64,000 nt of DNA, taken from positions 28,985 to 92,984 of the forward strand of contig JBBIGR010000017.1 of the NCBI GenBank assembly GCA_037447435.1, given 5' to 3'. Each line of letters begins with the position of its first letter. The stretch's first letter is position 1. Origin of the DNA: Fibrobacteria bacterium (GTDB taxonomy: Bacteria; Fibrobacterota; Chitinivibrionia; Chitinivibrionales; FEN-1185). The notes beneath the pieces were generated by a model. That model was given only the letters and a program-made list of their open reading frames with translations. It ran no database searches and was not told the origin of the DNA. A program made the translations under genes and the position numbers. Below are positions 19,561 to 28,134 of this stretch, piece by piece.

Positions 19561-21264
19561 TTATTTGTAATTCAACTGTTCTTTTTTCTTCATAAGCAAT
19601 CGCCAGATTTTATCCACAAGTTCTTTACCTGAAAACGGTTTTACGATAAAATCGCCGGCCCCCGAAGCAAAGCATTTTTGGATTTCGCTGCTTTGCGATC
19701 CTGCCGAGAAAAAAGCAATCGGAATGCTTTTTGTTTCCTCCTGAGAGCGTAGAATGCGGCATACTCTATACCCGTCGATTCCCGACAAATACGAATCGAC
19801 CAGGATTACAGAAGGCATATGCTCGAACGCCATGGCCAATCCCGCTTCTCCGCTTTCAGCGACAAGAACCTCGAAAATATTTTCAAGTACCATTCGGGAA
19901 ATTTCTATTGCTTCCCTATCGCTGTCTATGAATAAAATAGAGGGCTTTTTATCGACATTGTCTGCGGATTGATGCTGTTCCCGTATCTTTTCTTCCTGGA
20001 TTTCAGAAATACGGATGGTTTTCGTCTCATCATCGTCCCATTCGATTTTAGCCTCAATGGGCATTACGACATGAAATTGACTACCCGGAAATTTATTTTT
20101 ATCGGACGGTCCTTCACTTTCGACCCAAATCCTGCCGCCGTGACGCTCTACTATTCCTTTAACTATAGAAAGACCGAGTCCCGTGCCGCCGCCCATGAAC
20201 TTTGAAAAATCGGTACTGTGCCTGGTTGCATTTCCCACTTCGTAAAAGGGATCGAAGATTTTCTTTTGTTCGCTTTTATCTATGCCGATACCCTGGTCTT
20301 TGACAATGATGTGAAATTCCGACTTATTGTATAATTCGATGCGGACCTCAATAAGCGAATCGTCGGGTGAGAATTTCAAGGAATTTGAACAGAGGTTGGT
20401 GAACAACTGCTGCATACGCATCGTATCGCCGCGAAATTTCGGTAAATTATCGGCCAATATACACTCTACTCGAATGTTGCGTTTTGCGGAAAATTGCGAT
20501 AATTCGTCGATACATTCTCTGGCAACTGTACCCAAATCCATGAGTTCCGGCTTAAGGCGAAGTCTTTTTTGTTCTATGCGGGTCACATCGAGGATGTTAT
20601 TGACTACACGATGCAGGCGGTCTGCCGCTCGGTTGATGCTCTCGATCATTCTGTAGATACCGCCGTCCAATTTTTCTTTCATTGTGTCGATAATTATGTC
20701 TGAATACCCTTTAATGGAAGTGAGCGGCGTTTTCAGTTCATGGGAAGCGATGCTGAGAAAATTCGACTTTAACTCGCTCACCCGACGCAGTTCTGCGTTT
20801 GAACGAATGAGCTCGGAATTGATTTTGGCTAGTTCAAGGTTTTTCTTTTCAATTTGATCGGCGGATTTGACCTCTTCAGTGATGTCTTTGAATTCAAGAG
20901 CAAAAACCGTTTCATTTTTAACGGTATCTTCTATTAAAAAGGCATGCAACGAACAAAGTATCTCATTACCGCCTTTACATATGATTACCGTTTTAACGTC
21001 GCAGTTTTTATCACGAAGCAAAGTATCTCGGATTTCAGGCCAGCCTATTCCCTGACCCGACTCGGAAATGATGGATTCGACATGGGTGCCGGACAAGGAA
21101 TCGCGTCCGTACTTAAGGTCTTTTTCCGTAAACCCGTTGGCATATAAAATCGTACCGTCTGTTTTCGTGATTAAAATATCTTCAGGTGTATGTTCAACGA
21201 TGCGTGCCATCAAATACAAATCGTCTTGAATTTCCTTAGAAAATTTATTTTTTCCCAACAACAT
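19561..21264 (-). CDS. Cytoplasmic hybrid histidine kinase (PAS-HisKA-HATPase-REC)
   Basis: PAS (ILYAN), SHELKTPL H box, NLCSNSLKF, DQGIGI, GTGLGL, C-terminal REC with KPF. Confidence 0.93.
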   Translation of the reverse strand: MLLGKNKFSKEIQDDLYLMARIVEHTPEDILITKTDGTILYANGFTEKDLKYGRDSLSGTHVESIISESGQGIGWPEIRDTLLRDKNCDVKTVIICKGGNEILCSLHAFLIEDTVKNETVFALEFKDITEEVKSADQIEKKNLELAKINSELIRSNAELRRVSELKSNFLSIASHELKTPLTSIKGYSDIIIDTMKEKLDGGIYRMIESINRAADRLHRVVNNILDVTRIEQKRLRLKPELMDLGTVARECIDELSQFSAKRNIRVECILADNLPKFRGDTMRMQQLFTNLCSNSLKFSPDDSLIEVRIELYNKSEFHIIVKDQGIGIDKSEQKKIFDPFYEVGNATRHSTDFSKFMGGGTGLGLSIVKGIVERHGGRIWVESEGPSDKNKFPGSQFHVVMPIEAKIEWDDDETKTIRISEIQEEKIREQHQSADNVDKKPSILFIDSDREAIEISRMVLENIFEVLVAESGEAGLAMAFEHMPSVILVDSYLSGIDGYRVCRILRSQEETKSIPIAFFSAGSQSSEIQKCFASGAGDFIVKPFSGKELVDKIWRLLMKKKEQLNYK

Positions 21265-21345
21265 TGTATTTCCGTATTGAAAAAGGTATTCTAACCAAGA
21301 ATTACAAAAAAACTTATTCTAAGACTAAAATCAAGAATTTCCGAC

Positions 21346-21918
21346 TCAGAACTTTACTTCAGGCGCTTTTTGCGCCGCTTTGTCTGCTTCAAAAAACGGT
21401 TTTCTGGTCAAGTTCATTTGCTTTGCAACAATTTGTTCAACAAGCCCGCGAATTGCCGTATTATACATTTGTACAACTTCGTTGTATCGTCTTCTTTCGG
21501 TCGAGATCCTGTTTTCCGTGCCTTCGAGTTGAGCCATAAGATCCCTGAAATTTTCATTCGCTTTAAGATTGGGATATTGTTCGGTGACCACCAGCAATCG
21601 TCCGAGCGCAGATGTCAGATCTTTATTTGCGTTTATTTTGTCGGGTATCGTTTGGGCGGAGCCGACACGAGCGCGAGCCTCGGTGACTTCGGTCAAGACT
21701 TTCTCCTCATGAGTCGCATACCCTTTAACGGTATTGACAAGATTCGGAATAAGGTCGAGCCTTCTTTGCAATTGATTTTCAACTTGGGCCCAAGCGGAAT
21801 TTACTGTTTCGTCGAGCCTGACGAATTTATTATATGTCGAAGAAAACCATGACCAAACCAGTAAACCTATGACAATAACGACAGCCAGACCGATCAATAG
21901 TTTTGTTGTTGTTTTCAT
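21346..21918 (-). CDS. lemA: LemA family protein
   Basis: N-terminal TM, QRRLDLIPNLV, EQYPNLKA, ENRISTERRRYN. Confidence 0.95.
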   Translation of the reverse strand: MKTTTKLLIGLAVVIVIGLLVWSWFSSTYNKFVRLDETVNSAWAQVENQLQRRLDLIPNLVNTVKGYATHEEKVLTEVTEARARVGSAQTIPDKINANKDLTSALGRLLVVTEQYPNLKANENFRDLMAQLEGTENRISTERRRYNEVVQMYNTAIRGLVEQIVAKQMNLTRKPFFEADKAAQKAPEVKF

Positions 21919-22652
21919 TATGCTTCCTTTTTATTTGTTTCAGAATCGACCGTTTTAATAAGTGCATCTATAGTTAAGGCAAATTGACCGATGATCTCGT
22001 TTAGCGATCGTTTGGTGCCGATTTTCGTATGCGGTACGCATAATTCAGTAAAAACGGAAATCCCAAGGTTATATAATTCTTCGACCGCTATGATGATATC
22101 GCATTTAAGCTTTGGAATAGCCCGATCGTTAAGTACCAATAATGCTTTAAATACGGGTAATAATGTTTTAAGCGACGATACCAGCAAGTTTCCCAGTATT
22201 TTTTTATTATCATTGGTCCGTATATATTCACGGCGGAAATGCAGGGCTATGCCCTTTAATTCACGTTCGCATTGCAGCCGGACATGTTCTTTTTGTATAT
22301 CAAGCCTGCTGAAAACATCATCGCCGAATAATACTTTGTAATTGGAACGCATATCAATAAATTCGATCGGATACGTATCAAGAGATGAATTTATATATTC
22401 CCTTGTCATAAAAAACGGCGTAACGACATTCTTCTTTGCCCAGTATGCTGCAATCGATAAACCTTTTGACAATTCTGCAATTTGATCTTTTTGTAAAACG
22501 ATTATCGTATTGATGTCGGAAATGCCGGGCTTGTATTCATGGGATACCGCACTGCCGTACATGATGACACTTGACAAATTGTCGCCGAATGCGTTTTTGT
22601 AATCGGTAACATATGTATCGACTATGTCGTTGGGATTTCGAATTATTCCCAC
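21918..22652 (-). CDS. Pol-beta-superfamily nucleotidyltransferase-like protein
   Basis: VIMYGSAV...SDIN motif, helical C-terminal half, GTG start with GGAG RBS. Confidence 0.65.
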   Translation of the reverse strand: MGIIRNPNDIVDTYVTDYKNAFGDNLSSVIMYGSAVSHEYKPGISDINTIIVLQKDQIAELSKGLSIAAYWAKKNVVTPFFMTREYINSSLDTYPIEFIDMRSNYKVLFGDDVFSRLDIQKEHVRLQCERELKGIALHFRREYIRTNDNKKILGNLLVSSLKTLLPVFKALLVLNDRAIPKLKCDIIIAVEELYNLGISVFTELCVPHTKIGTKRSLNEIIGQFALTIDALIKTVDSETNKKEA

Positions 22653-22661
22653 AAATTCTCC

Positions 22662-23453
22662 TTAAAACCTTCCAGAGGCACCGCCGCCGCCGCTCATTCC
22701 GCCGCCAAAACCGGAAAACCCGCCGCCGCCGAATCCGCCGCCGAATCCCTTACCGCTTGACCGGCCGGATGAAATAGAGGAAAGAAGCATAAAAAACAAA
22801 AGCGAGCGCCCACCCCTGGTTGAAAGTAAAAATAATAAGATAACACCGGCAAAAAGCAAACCAAATGCATTGATTTTTTTAGGCCTGCCTTGTACTTGCA
22901 CACGATAATCCGAATAGGTATTGCTGGATATTTCGGCCAATGAAGTATTATGCGCTTTTGCGGCCAAGCTTGCCAACGCAAGCATGATCGCTTCCGATCC
23001 TTTGTCCCAATTTTGTTGCGTAAGTAAAGGCCCATTTTCCCGAATGATGCGACTGGCAAGGATGTCGGGCACGTATCCTTCGGAACCGTATCCCGTTTCT
23101 ATCCGTATTTGTCTGTCTTGCGTTGCAATCAAAACCAAAAGTCCTTCGTCGACACCTTTTTTCCCTATTCCCCATTTTTCAAAAAGTCGAGTTGCAAAAT
23201 CATTGATATCGTTTCCATCAAGCGTTGGTATTGTCACCAATACTAAAGAAACCCCTGTTTTATTTGAAAGCATCGTTGAAACCGATCCAAGCGTTTGTTT
23301 CGTACCCGAAGATAATACGTTGGAAAAATCGTTAATCGCACCCTGCGGAGACGCATTGAATATGTCGAAAGCAAATGTTTGAAAAGCAAGAAACAGGAAA
23401 ATGGTAGCGGATTGCAAAAGACGATTAAATTTGTTTTGGTGCATGACAGCCAT
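22662..23453 (-). CDS. TPM-domain (YgcG-like) membrane protein with Gly-rich tail
   Basis: NDFSNVL, WGIGKKGVDEGLL, IETGYGSEG..PD, one TM, GGG.SGGGGASGRF tail. Confidence 0.9.
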   Translation of the reverse strand: MAVMHQNKFNRLLQSATIFLFLAFQTFAFDIFNASPQGAINDFSNVLSSGTKQTLGSVSTMLSNKTGVSLVLVTIPTLDGNDINDFATRLFEKWGIGKKGVDEGLLVLIATQDRQIRIETGYGSEGYVPDILASRIIRENGPLLTQQNWDKGSEAIMLALASLAAKAHNTSLAEISSNTYSDYRVQVQGRPKKINAFGLLFAGVILLFLLSTRGGRSLLFFMLLSSISSGRSSGKGFGGGFGGGGFSGFGGGMSGGGGASGRF

Positions 23454-23466
23454 TAATCTCGGATAT

Positions 23467-24333
23467 TCACGATTGTTTTAATATGCTTATTTCCTTTTGA
23501 AGCTTTTCGACTTCCTCGAAATTTTCATCGTTGACTTGCCGGATTTTTTTCGCGTACAATTCCAGTAATTTAAAATGCTTTGACGTAAGCTCCTGTTCAT
23601 CGGCAATTATCGAAACAATTGCATCCACATCTTCTTTAAAACGATAGCCATGCAAAAAATCCCGAAATAATTTTTCTGCTGCGGAAAAAACCTTTTTTTC
23701 CTTCCGGCAATACAGCATGTTCGGGATAAAATCTTTCATGATTTTTTCTTCGATGTGCATTTCCGGAGAATAAAACGGCTTTTTAGGAGGTTCGTTTCTC
23801 TCGATTTGCGAAATAAGAGATTCGATTTCGATGCGGACTTTTTCGATTTCCTGTTCACGAAACCGTGCCTGATATAAAATCGGGAGCGAGTTGACGCTTA
23901 AAATCGCATTGCCGACGTTTTTAAAATAGCCTGCGAAAAACACGTCTCCGTTTTGCGACATTATGTCATCGACCGATGCAAACGAAACGATTTTTGCCGG
24001 GGTTGGGATGAAATCCTCAAGTTCGTCGATGTTTTCCATTTTTTCTTTGAGTTTGTCGGGATCCAATGCGGATTCGAGACCACCCAATTTGTCAAGAAAT
24101 TCCTCCAGCCCCTCTTCAAGTGAGATACCCATCTCGGATTTTAAAAAATCCTTAAGGTTGTTCTGTTCCTTATAATTGCCTTGGGCTACCAAAAGGCCGT
24201 TGTGAACCATTGACGCAATAGGATGTTTCATGGCCATTAAATCGGCAGTATCGACATCGATGATCGCGTAAACGGTCAATCGTCCGTCAAGTTTGAGCGC
24301 ATCGCCTTTTTTCTGTTCTATCCCGAGTGCCAT
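23467..24333 (-). CDS. Hypothetical acidic protein with C-terminal UVR-like coiled-coil motif
   Basis: Likely start ATG 24333 (MALGIEQ...). C-terminus KIRQVNDENFEEVEKLQKEI resembles the UvrB/UvrC motif. Confidence 0.6.
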   Translation of the reverse strand: MALGIEQKKGDALKLDGRLTVYAIIDVDTADLMAMKHPIASMVHNGLLVAQGNYKEQNNLKDFLKSEMGISLEEGLEEFLDKLGGLESALDPDKLKEKMENIDELEDFIPTPAKIVSFASVDDIMSQNGDVFFAGYFKNVGNAILSVNSLPILYQARFREQEIEKVRIEIESLISQIERNEPPKKPFYSPEMHIEEKIMKDFIPNMLYCRKEKKVFSAAEKLFRDFLHGYRFKEDVDAIVSIIADEQELTSKHFKLLELYAKKIRQVNDENFEEVEKLQKEISILKQS

Positions 24334-24481
24334 TACCGTGAGCTTTCTTTTTTTTCGGAGAGGTAGATTATGATTTTTTAAAATACATGCTGCTCTGTTA
24401 CAGATTTTAAAAATTAAGCCCGAAACAAAGAATGTTCCGGGCTTATAATACCGCAAGGTATGCGGAAACAAAAGAGTTGGT

Positions 24482-25696
24482 TTACGCCAAAAGTTTGCTT
24501 ACCACTGGAGCGGAAATACGGTCGTAATCGGGCATTGTTCCGATTAGAGGACGAGCATAGTTTTTAAACGCATCGGTGACCGTTGAATTTGCGACATCGA
24601 TGAATTCATCCGGCATATGCTTTGTATCTTTGGCAACGGTTTCGAGCGGCGTAAGGAAATACTCGACCGAATAATCGCCGGTTCTGCGTATCGCCACGCT
24701 GCCGCCGACATCCGCCCAAACCGAGAATTGGACGGCTTTTTCGCCGACTTCGCGAGCTTCCTGTGCGTCAATTTCAGATACGCAGCCGAGGAAACTACGC
24801 TGCAGATATCCGAATGTGTCGCAGCGAACGCGTTTGATTTTGAGTTTGTCTTTGACAAGACCGGAAAGTGCGTCGCCGAGAGCGCCGGTTCCGGAGAGCT
24901 GCACGTTGCCGTGAGCGTCTTTTTCCGCATTCTTCGACAAAGAAGCAATAATCGGAGTGCCGTCTTTGTCGGTAATACCTTCGGATGCCGCAATGATGCA
25001 ACGCCCGTATTTTTTATAGTTTTTGTCAACATCGGCAAGGAATTTATCGGAATCAAACGGTTTTTCCGGAAGGTAAATGCAATGCGGACCGTCATCCGGA
25101 AATTTTTTGGCAAAAATCGAAGAAGCTGTAAGCCAACCTGCATTGCGTCCCATGATAACGGCAATATAAACGCCGGGAAGGCTGCGATTGTCGAGGTTAA
25201 GGCCCGCAAAAGCAAGGCTTACAAAGCGTCCTGCGGAACCAAAGCCGGGACAATGGTCTGTTGTGCGAAGGTCGTTATCGATTGTTTTTGGAATATGAAC
25301 AACGCGAAGTTCATATCCTGCCTGTTTCGCATTGTCGTTGACGATTCTGCAAGTGTCGGCCGAATCATTGCCGCCGATGTAATAAAAATAGCGGACATCG
25401 TGTGCCTTAAGAACCTTGAATATTTTTGCGCAATATTCTGCATCGGGCTTGTCTCGTGTGGAAAACATTGCCGAAGACGGCGATACTGCAACTTTTTCGA
25501 GGTTATGCGTTGTCGCTTGCGTGAGATCTAAAAAATCTTCTTTCACAATACCGCTCACCCCGTGCATCGCACCGTAAATGTTTTCGATGCAGGTATATTT
25601 TCTCGCCTGAAGAACGGCACCGACAAGGCTTTGATTGATAACCGCAGTCGGTCCTCCGCCCTGCGCAATAACTGCTTTTCCAACAAGTTTAGCCAC
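24482..25696 (-). CDS. pfp: 6-phosphofructokinase, PPi-dependent-type signature
   Basis: QGGGPTAVIN, GGNDS, PKTIDND, MGRNAG, GYLQR. GTG start with AAGGAG RBS. Confidence 0.85.
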   Translation of the reverse strand: MAKLVGKAVIAQGGGPTAVINQSLVGAVLQARKYTCIENIYGAMHGVSGIVKEDFLDLTQATTHNLEKVAVSPSSAMFSTRDKPDAEYCAKIFKVLKAHDVRYFYYIGGNDSADTCRIVNDNAKQAGYELRVVHIPKTIDNDLRTTDHCPGFGSAGRFVSLAFAGLNLDNRSLPGVYIAVIMGRNAGWLTASSIFAKKFPDDGPHCIYLPEKPFDSDKFLADVDKNYKKYGRCIIAASEGITDKDGTPIIASLSKNAEKDAHGNVQLSGTGALGDALSGLVKDKLKIKRVRCDTFGYLQRSFLGCVSEIDAQEAREVGEKAVQFSVWADVGGSVAIRRTGDYSVEYFLTPLETVAKDTKHMPDEFIDVANSTVTDAFKNYARPLIGTMPDYDRISAPVVSKLLA

Positions 25697-25863
25697 AGTA
25701 AAAGCTCCTTTTGAATGATGAAACGGAATTTATCGGCAAATAACTATAAATCGAGTCTGTAAAAATAGCAGATTTTTATGTAAATTTCAAGGAAAGGATA
25801 ATAAAAAAACGCTACCCTTATATTGCTTATTGCTCTATTTTGGGTTTTTAGTTACGAGCAATT

Positions 25864-25907
25864 AAAAAAATGAAAAAGGCAAGCCACCCTTTTCCGATGA
25901 CTCGCCC
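25864..25907 (-). terminator. Intrinsic terminator of the LamG-cohesin-dockerin gene
   Basis: Minus strand GGCGAGTCATC-loop-GGTGGCTTGCC (11 bp including G-U pairs) followed by T tracts. Confidence 0.7.
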
Positions 25908-25925
25908 ACAGTGCGAACGGAGAGG

Positions 25926-27986
25926 CTATCGCCCTGTTATTGGAATTTTAGCCGTATGGGTATCATTTCCACTGGTGATTTTGAATAAATACAACCCGGT
26001 TTTAAAAAGTTTTTTATCAAGAATGAGAATCGGGCTGTTCGAAAAGTCATTTTTAAAAATTAATCTCCCCAATATATCATACAGCTGAACGGTTACGGAT
26101 TTTTTGGGGAAATTTCGAAGAACTATTTGACTTTTGAAAACTTCAATCTGGGGAGATGTTGACGGCATCTGCAATGACCGATTGCTTTTTACCGGAATCG
26201 AGACAAATGTTGCCGGGATTTTTCCTTCGTTGACAAGAGCGTTTTTAATCGACATTCCGGATTCAATGATTCCCGGTTTTTGTTGCACCGTGACGACAAA
26301 TAAATCGAGGTCGGTGCTGTCGATTTGATCATTAGTTGTTAAAGCAGCACTATAGCACTGTTGCGAATTATCGTATTGCGCACGCAAATTGGCATTACGG
26401 ATCTTCGGAGAAATGTCCTTAATCGTCGCAATGACCGACGGATTGCATTGTAAAACGAATTGTCCGGCAATGAAGCCTTGTATATTTTTTGCATGTAATG
26501 TGTATTGGTAAATATCCGTACCAATATTAAATGGACTGGAAAGCGTTAATTGAGCCACGGAATCGGTAATTGCTTTTGTCGAGAGTTTTTTCTGTATTGT
26601 TTTATTTTGTATCGGAAAATTTGTAAACATTCCGACACTATATTGAAATATTAATGCGGCGTCATAGCTTGAAATCGTTCCATCCCCTGTAACATCCGCG
26701 ACTGTTTTGGTAAAATTCGAACAACATTGCGTATCGGGCAAAACAACCTTACCGACAATAAATTCAAGAATCCGCGCAGCGTCGAGGGATGTCACCTCCC
26801 CGTTTCCCGTAACGTCGCCGAACAAAACCGTTGGTTTCAACACATTGATTTTTCCCGATACCGACGTTGGCGTGATAAATTTATTTTCGTCAATGCTGAT
26901 ATCCTGTAAATCGATTGTCGAAGATTTCCCTTGAATCGCATTTTTATTTATTACGAAGGTTCCGCGAATTAATTCACCTTCACCATAGGCGATAGATGTC
27001 GCCAAACCTCCCATTGCAACCGGTACAGGGTCAATTTTATCGGCATTGGCAATTACGCTCCAGTTTTTTGCAATACCGCTGTCTTTTGAAACGCTCACCA
27101 ACTTGACTATCGATGTGTCGAAATGAAGGGCAAATTGACATGAACTGATTTTATAGTCTTCGAAATTTGTTAAATATATCGGCATTTCAATCGTGTCGCC
27201 GGGATTACCATACGCTTGTTTCATACCAAGATTGATTTTAAATTGCGGAGTCGAACTTACGGTAACGCTATTATAAGATTTTGCAATTTCGGTTGTTGAT
27301 AATGCATAATTATAAATTTTCATTTCGTCGATTTTGCCGTTAAACCAATTTCTCAGACTATTATCGGTTCCAACCTGAACCCCTATATAGGCATTTTGAT
27401 GCGGTGGAATATAGCCGCCCGCATATGCTTGTTTGCCAGCTAACCGATTATTAAGATATACGCACATAGTATTACCGTCATACGTAAAAACAACATGGTA
27501 CCACGTTCGCGGTTTAATTATGGAATCGGAATAACATCCGATCCAGGATCCGGGGTTAATAGCCTGCGATAAAGTTGCTTGAATCACGCCTTGATCCGTA
27601 ATTTCAAGACTATATCCTTCGGCCAAGCCCGATGCCCATGTTTGGTAACTGATAATGGTTTTATAATTTAAAAAAGAACCAGGGTTAACCAAATCGATGT
27701 ACGAATAAATCCATGCCTCAATGGAAAATTGCGGTGCACTGAAATTATTTAAAGAATTTAGCACAACCGGTTTATAGGAAGTTCCTATACAATTTAATGC
27801 CTTCCCTTTTACGCCATCTGTGAGCCCCAAATTGGTAGAAACAATCGTATATCCATGTCCCGTGCCGTCATTAAAATTTGTTCCCGTACTGGAATCAAAG
27901 GACCAACTTGCTAATAAATCCTGCCCGCAAAGCGAATTTTGAACCAGCAAAAAGACAGACAATATAGCAAGTTTTATTATAGGCAT
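25926..27986 (-). CDS. Secreted LamG / cohesin / dockerin protein with T9SS-type C-terminal domain
   Basis: Signal peptide. LamG (ASWSFD, WYHVVFTYDG, FNGKIDEMKIYNYALS). Cohesin (PGDTIEMPIYL...FALHFDTSIVKLVSV). Dockerin duplicate GDVTGNGEVTSLDA / ADVTGDGTISSYDA. CTD (LYDILGR...GLYLFKI). Confidence 0.88.
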   Translation of the reverse strand: MPIIKLAILSVFLLVQNSLCGQDLLASWSFDSSTGTNFNDGTGHGYTIVSTNLGLTDGVKGKALNCIGTSYKPVVLNSLNNFSAPQFSIEAWIYSYIDLVNPGSFLNYKTIISYQTWASGLAEGYSLEITDQGVIQATLSQAINPGSWIGCYSDSIIKPRTWYHVVFTYDGNTMCVYLNNRLAGKQAYAGGYIPPHQNAYIGVQVGTDNSLRNWFNGKIDEMKIYNYALSTTEIAKSYNSVTVSSTPQFKINLGMKQAYGNPGDTIEMPIYLTNFEDYKISSCQFALHFDTSIVKLVSVSKDSGIAKNWSVIANADKIDPVPVAMGGLATSIAYGEGELIRGTFVINKNAIQGKSSTIDLQDISIDENKFITPTSVSGKINVLKPTVLFGDVTGNGEVTSLDAARILEFIVGKVVLPDTQCCSNFTKTVADVTGDGTISSYDAALIFQYSVGMFTNFPIQNKTIQKKLSTKAITDSVAQLTLSSPFNIGTDIYQYTLHAKNIQGFIAGQFVLQCNPSVIATIKDISPKIRNANLRAQYDNSQQCYSAALTTNDQIDSTDLDLFVVTVQQKPGIIESGMSIKNALVNEGKIPATFVSIPVKSNRSLQMPSTSPQIEVFKSQIVLRNFPKKSVTVQLYDILGRLIFKNDFSNSPILILDKKLFKTGLYLFKITSGNDTHTAKIPITGR

Positions 27987-28017
27987 GTAACCTCCATTTT
28001 TTTCTTATGAAAAATAG

Positions 28018-28033
28018 CGCAACATTCATACCA
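28018..28033 (-). promoter_or_regulatory. sigma54 (RpoN) -24/-12 promoter
   Basis: Minus strand TGGTATGAATGTTGCG, i.e. GG-N10-GC, about 30 nt upstream of ATG 27986 (GGAGG RBS). Confidence 0.8.
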
Positions 28034-28102
28034 GGTAAAATTTGAATTTGATTCCTTTATAATTATCAAATTCCGCCAAATGTTTTTTTAGGATAATATC
28101 AA

Positions 28103-28133
28103 TGTCGGGATTGAGCGTGTCAAAATTGAGACG
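28103..28133. promoter_or_regulatory. Candidate enhancer (UAS) for the adjacent sigma54 activator
   Basis: Tandem TGTC-N3-ATTGAG (28103-28115 and 28118-28130). The second copy lies within the imperfect palindrome CGTGTCAAAATTGAGACG (28116-28133). Confidence 0.5.
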
Positions 28134-28134
28134 A

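Noticed and set aside
22681..22750. CCG-rich tandem repeat
   Set aside because: It encodes the normal Gly-rich tail of TPM-domain proteins.
24544..25531. Long alternative ORFs (304 aa on +, 223 aa on -) over the PFK gene
   Set aside because: Shadow frames of a conserved, codon-biased gene, with no motifs of their own.
25926..27986. True cellulosome scaffoldin
   Set aside because: Only one clear cohesin, no CBM3 or SLH, and no dockerin-bearing enzymes in the window.
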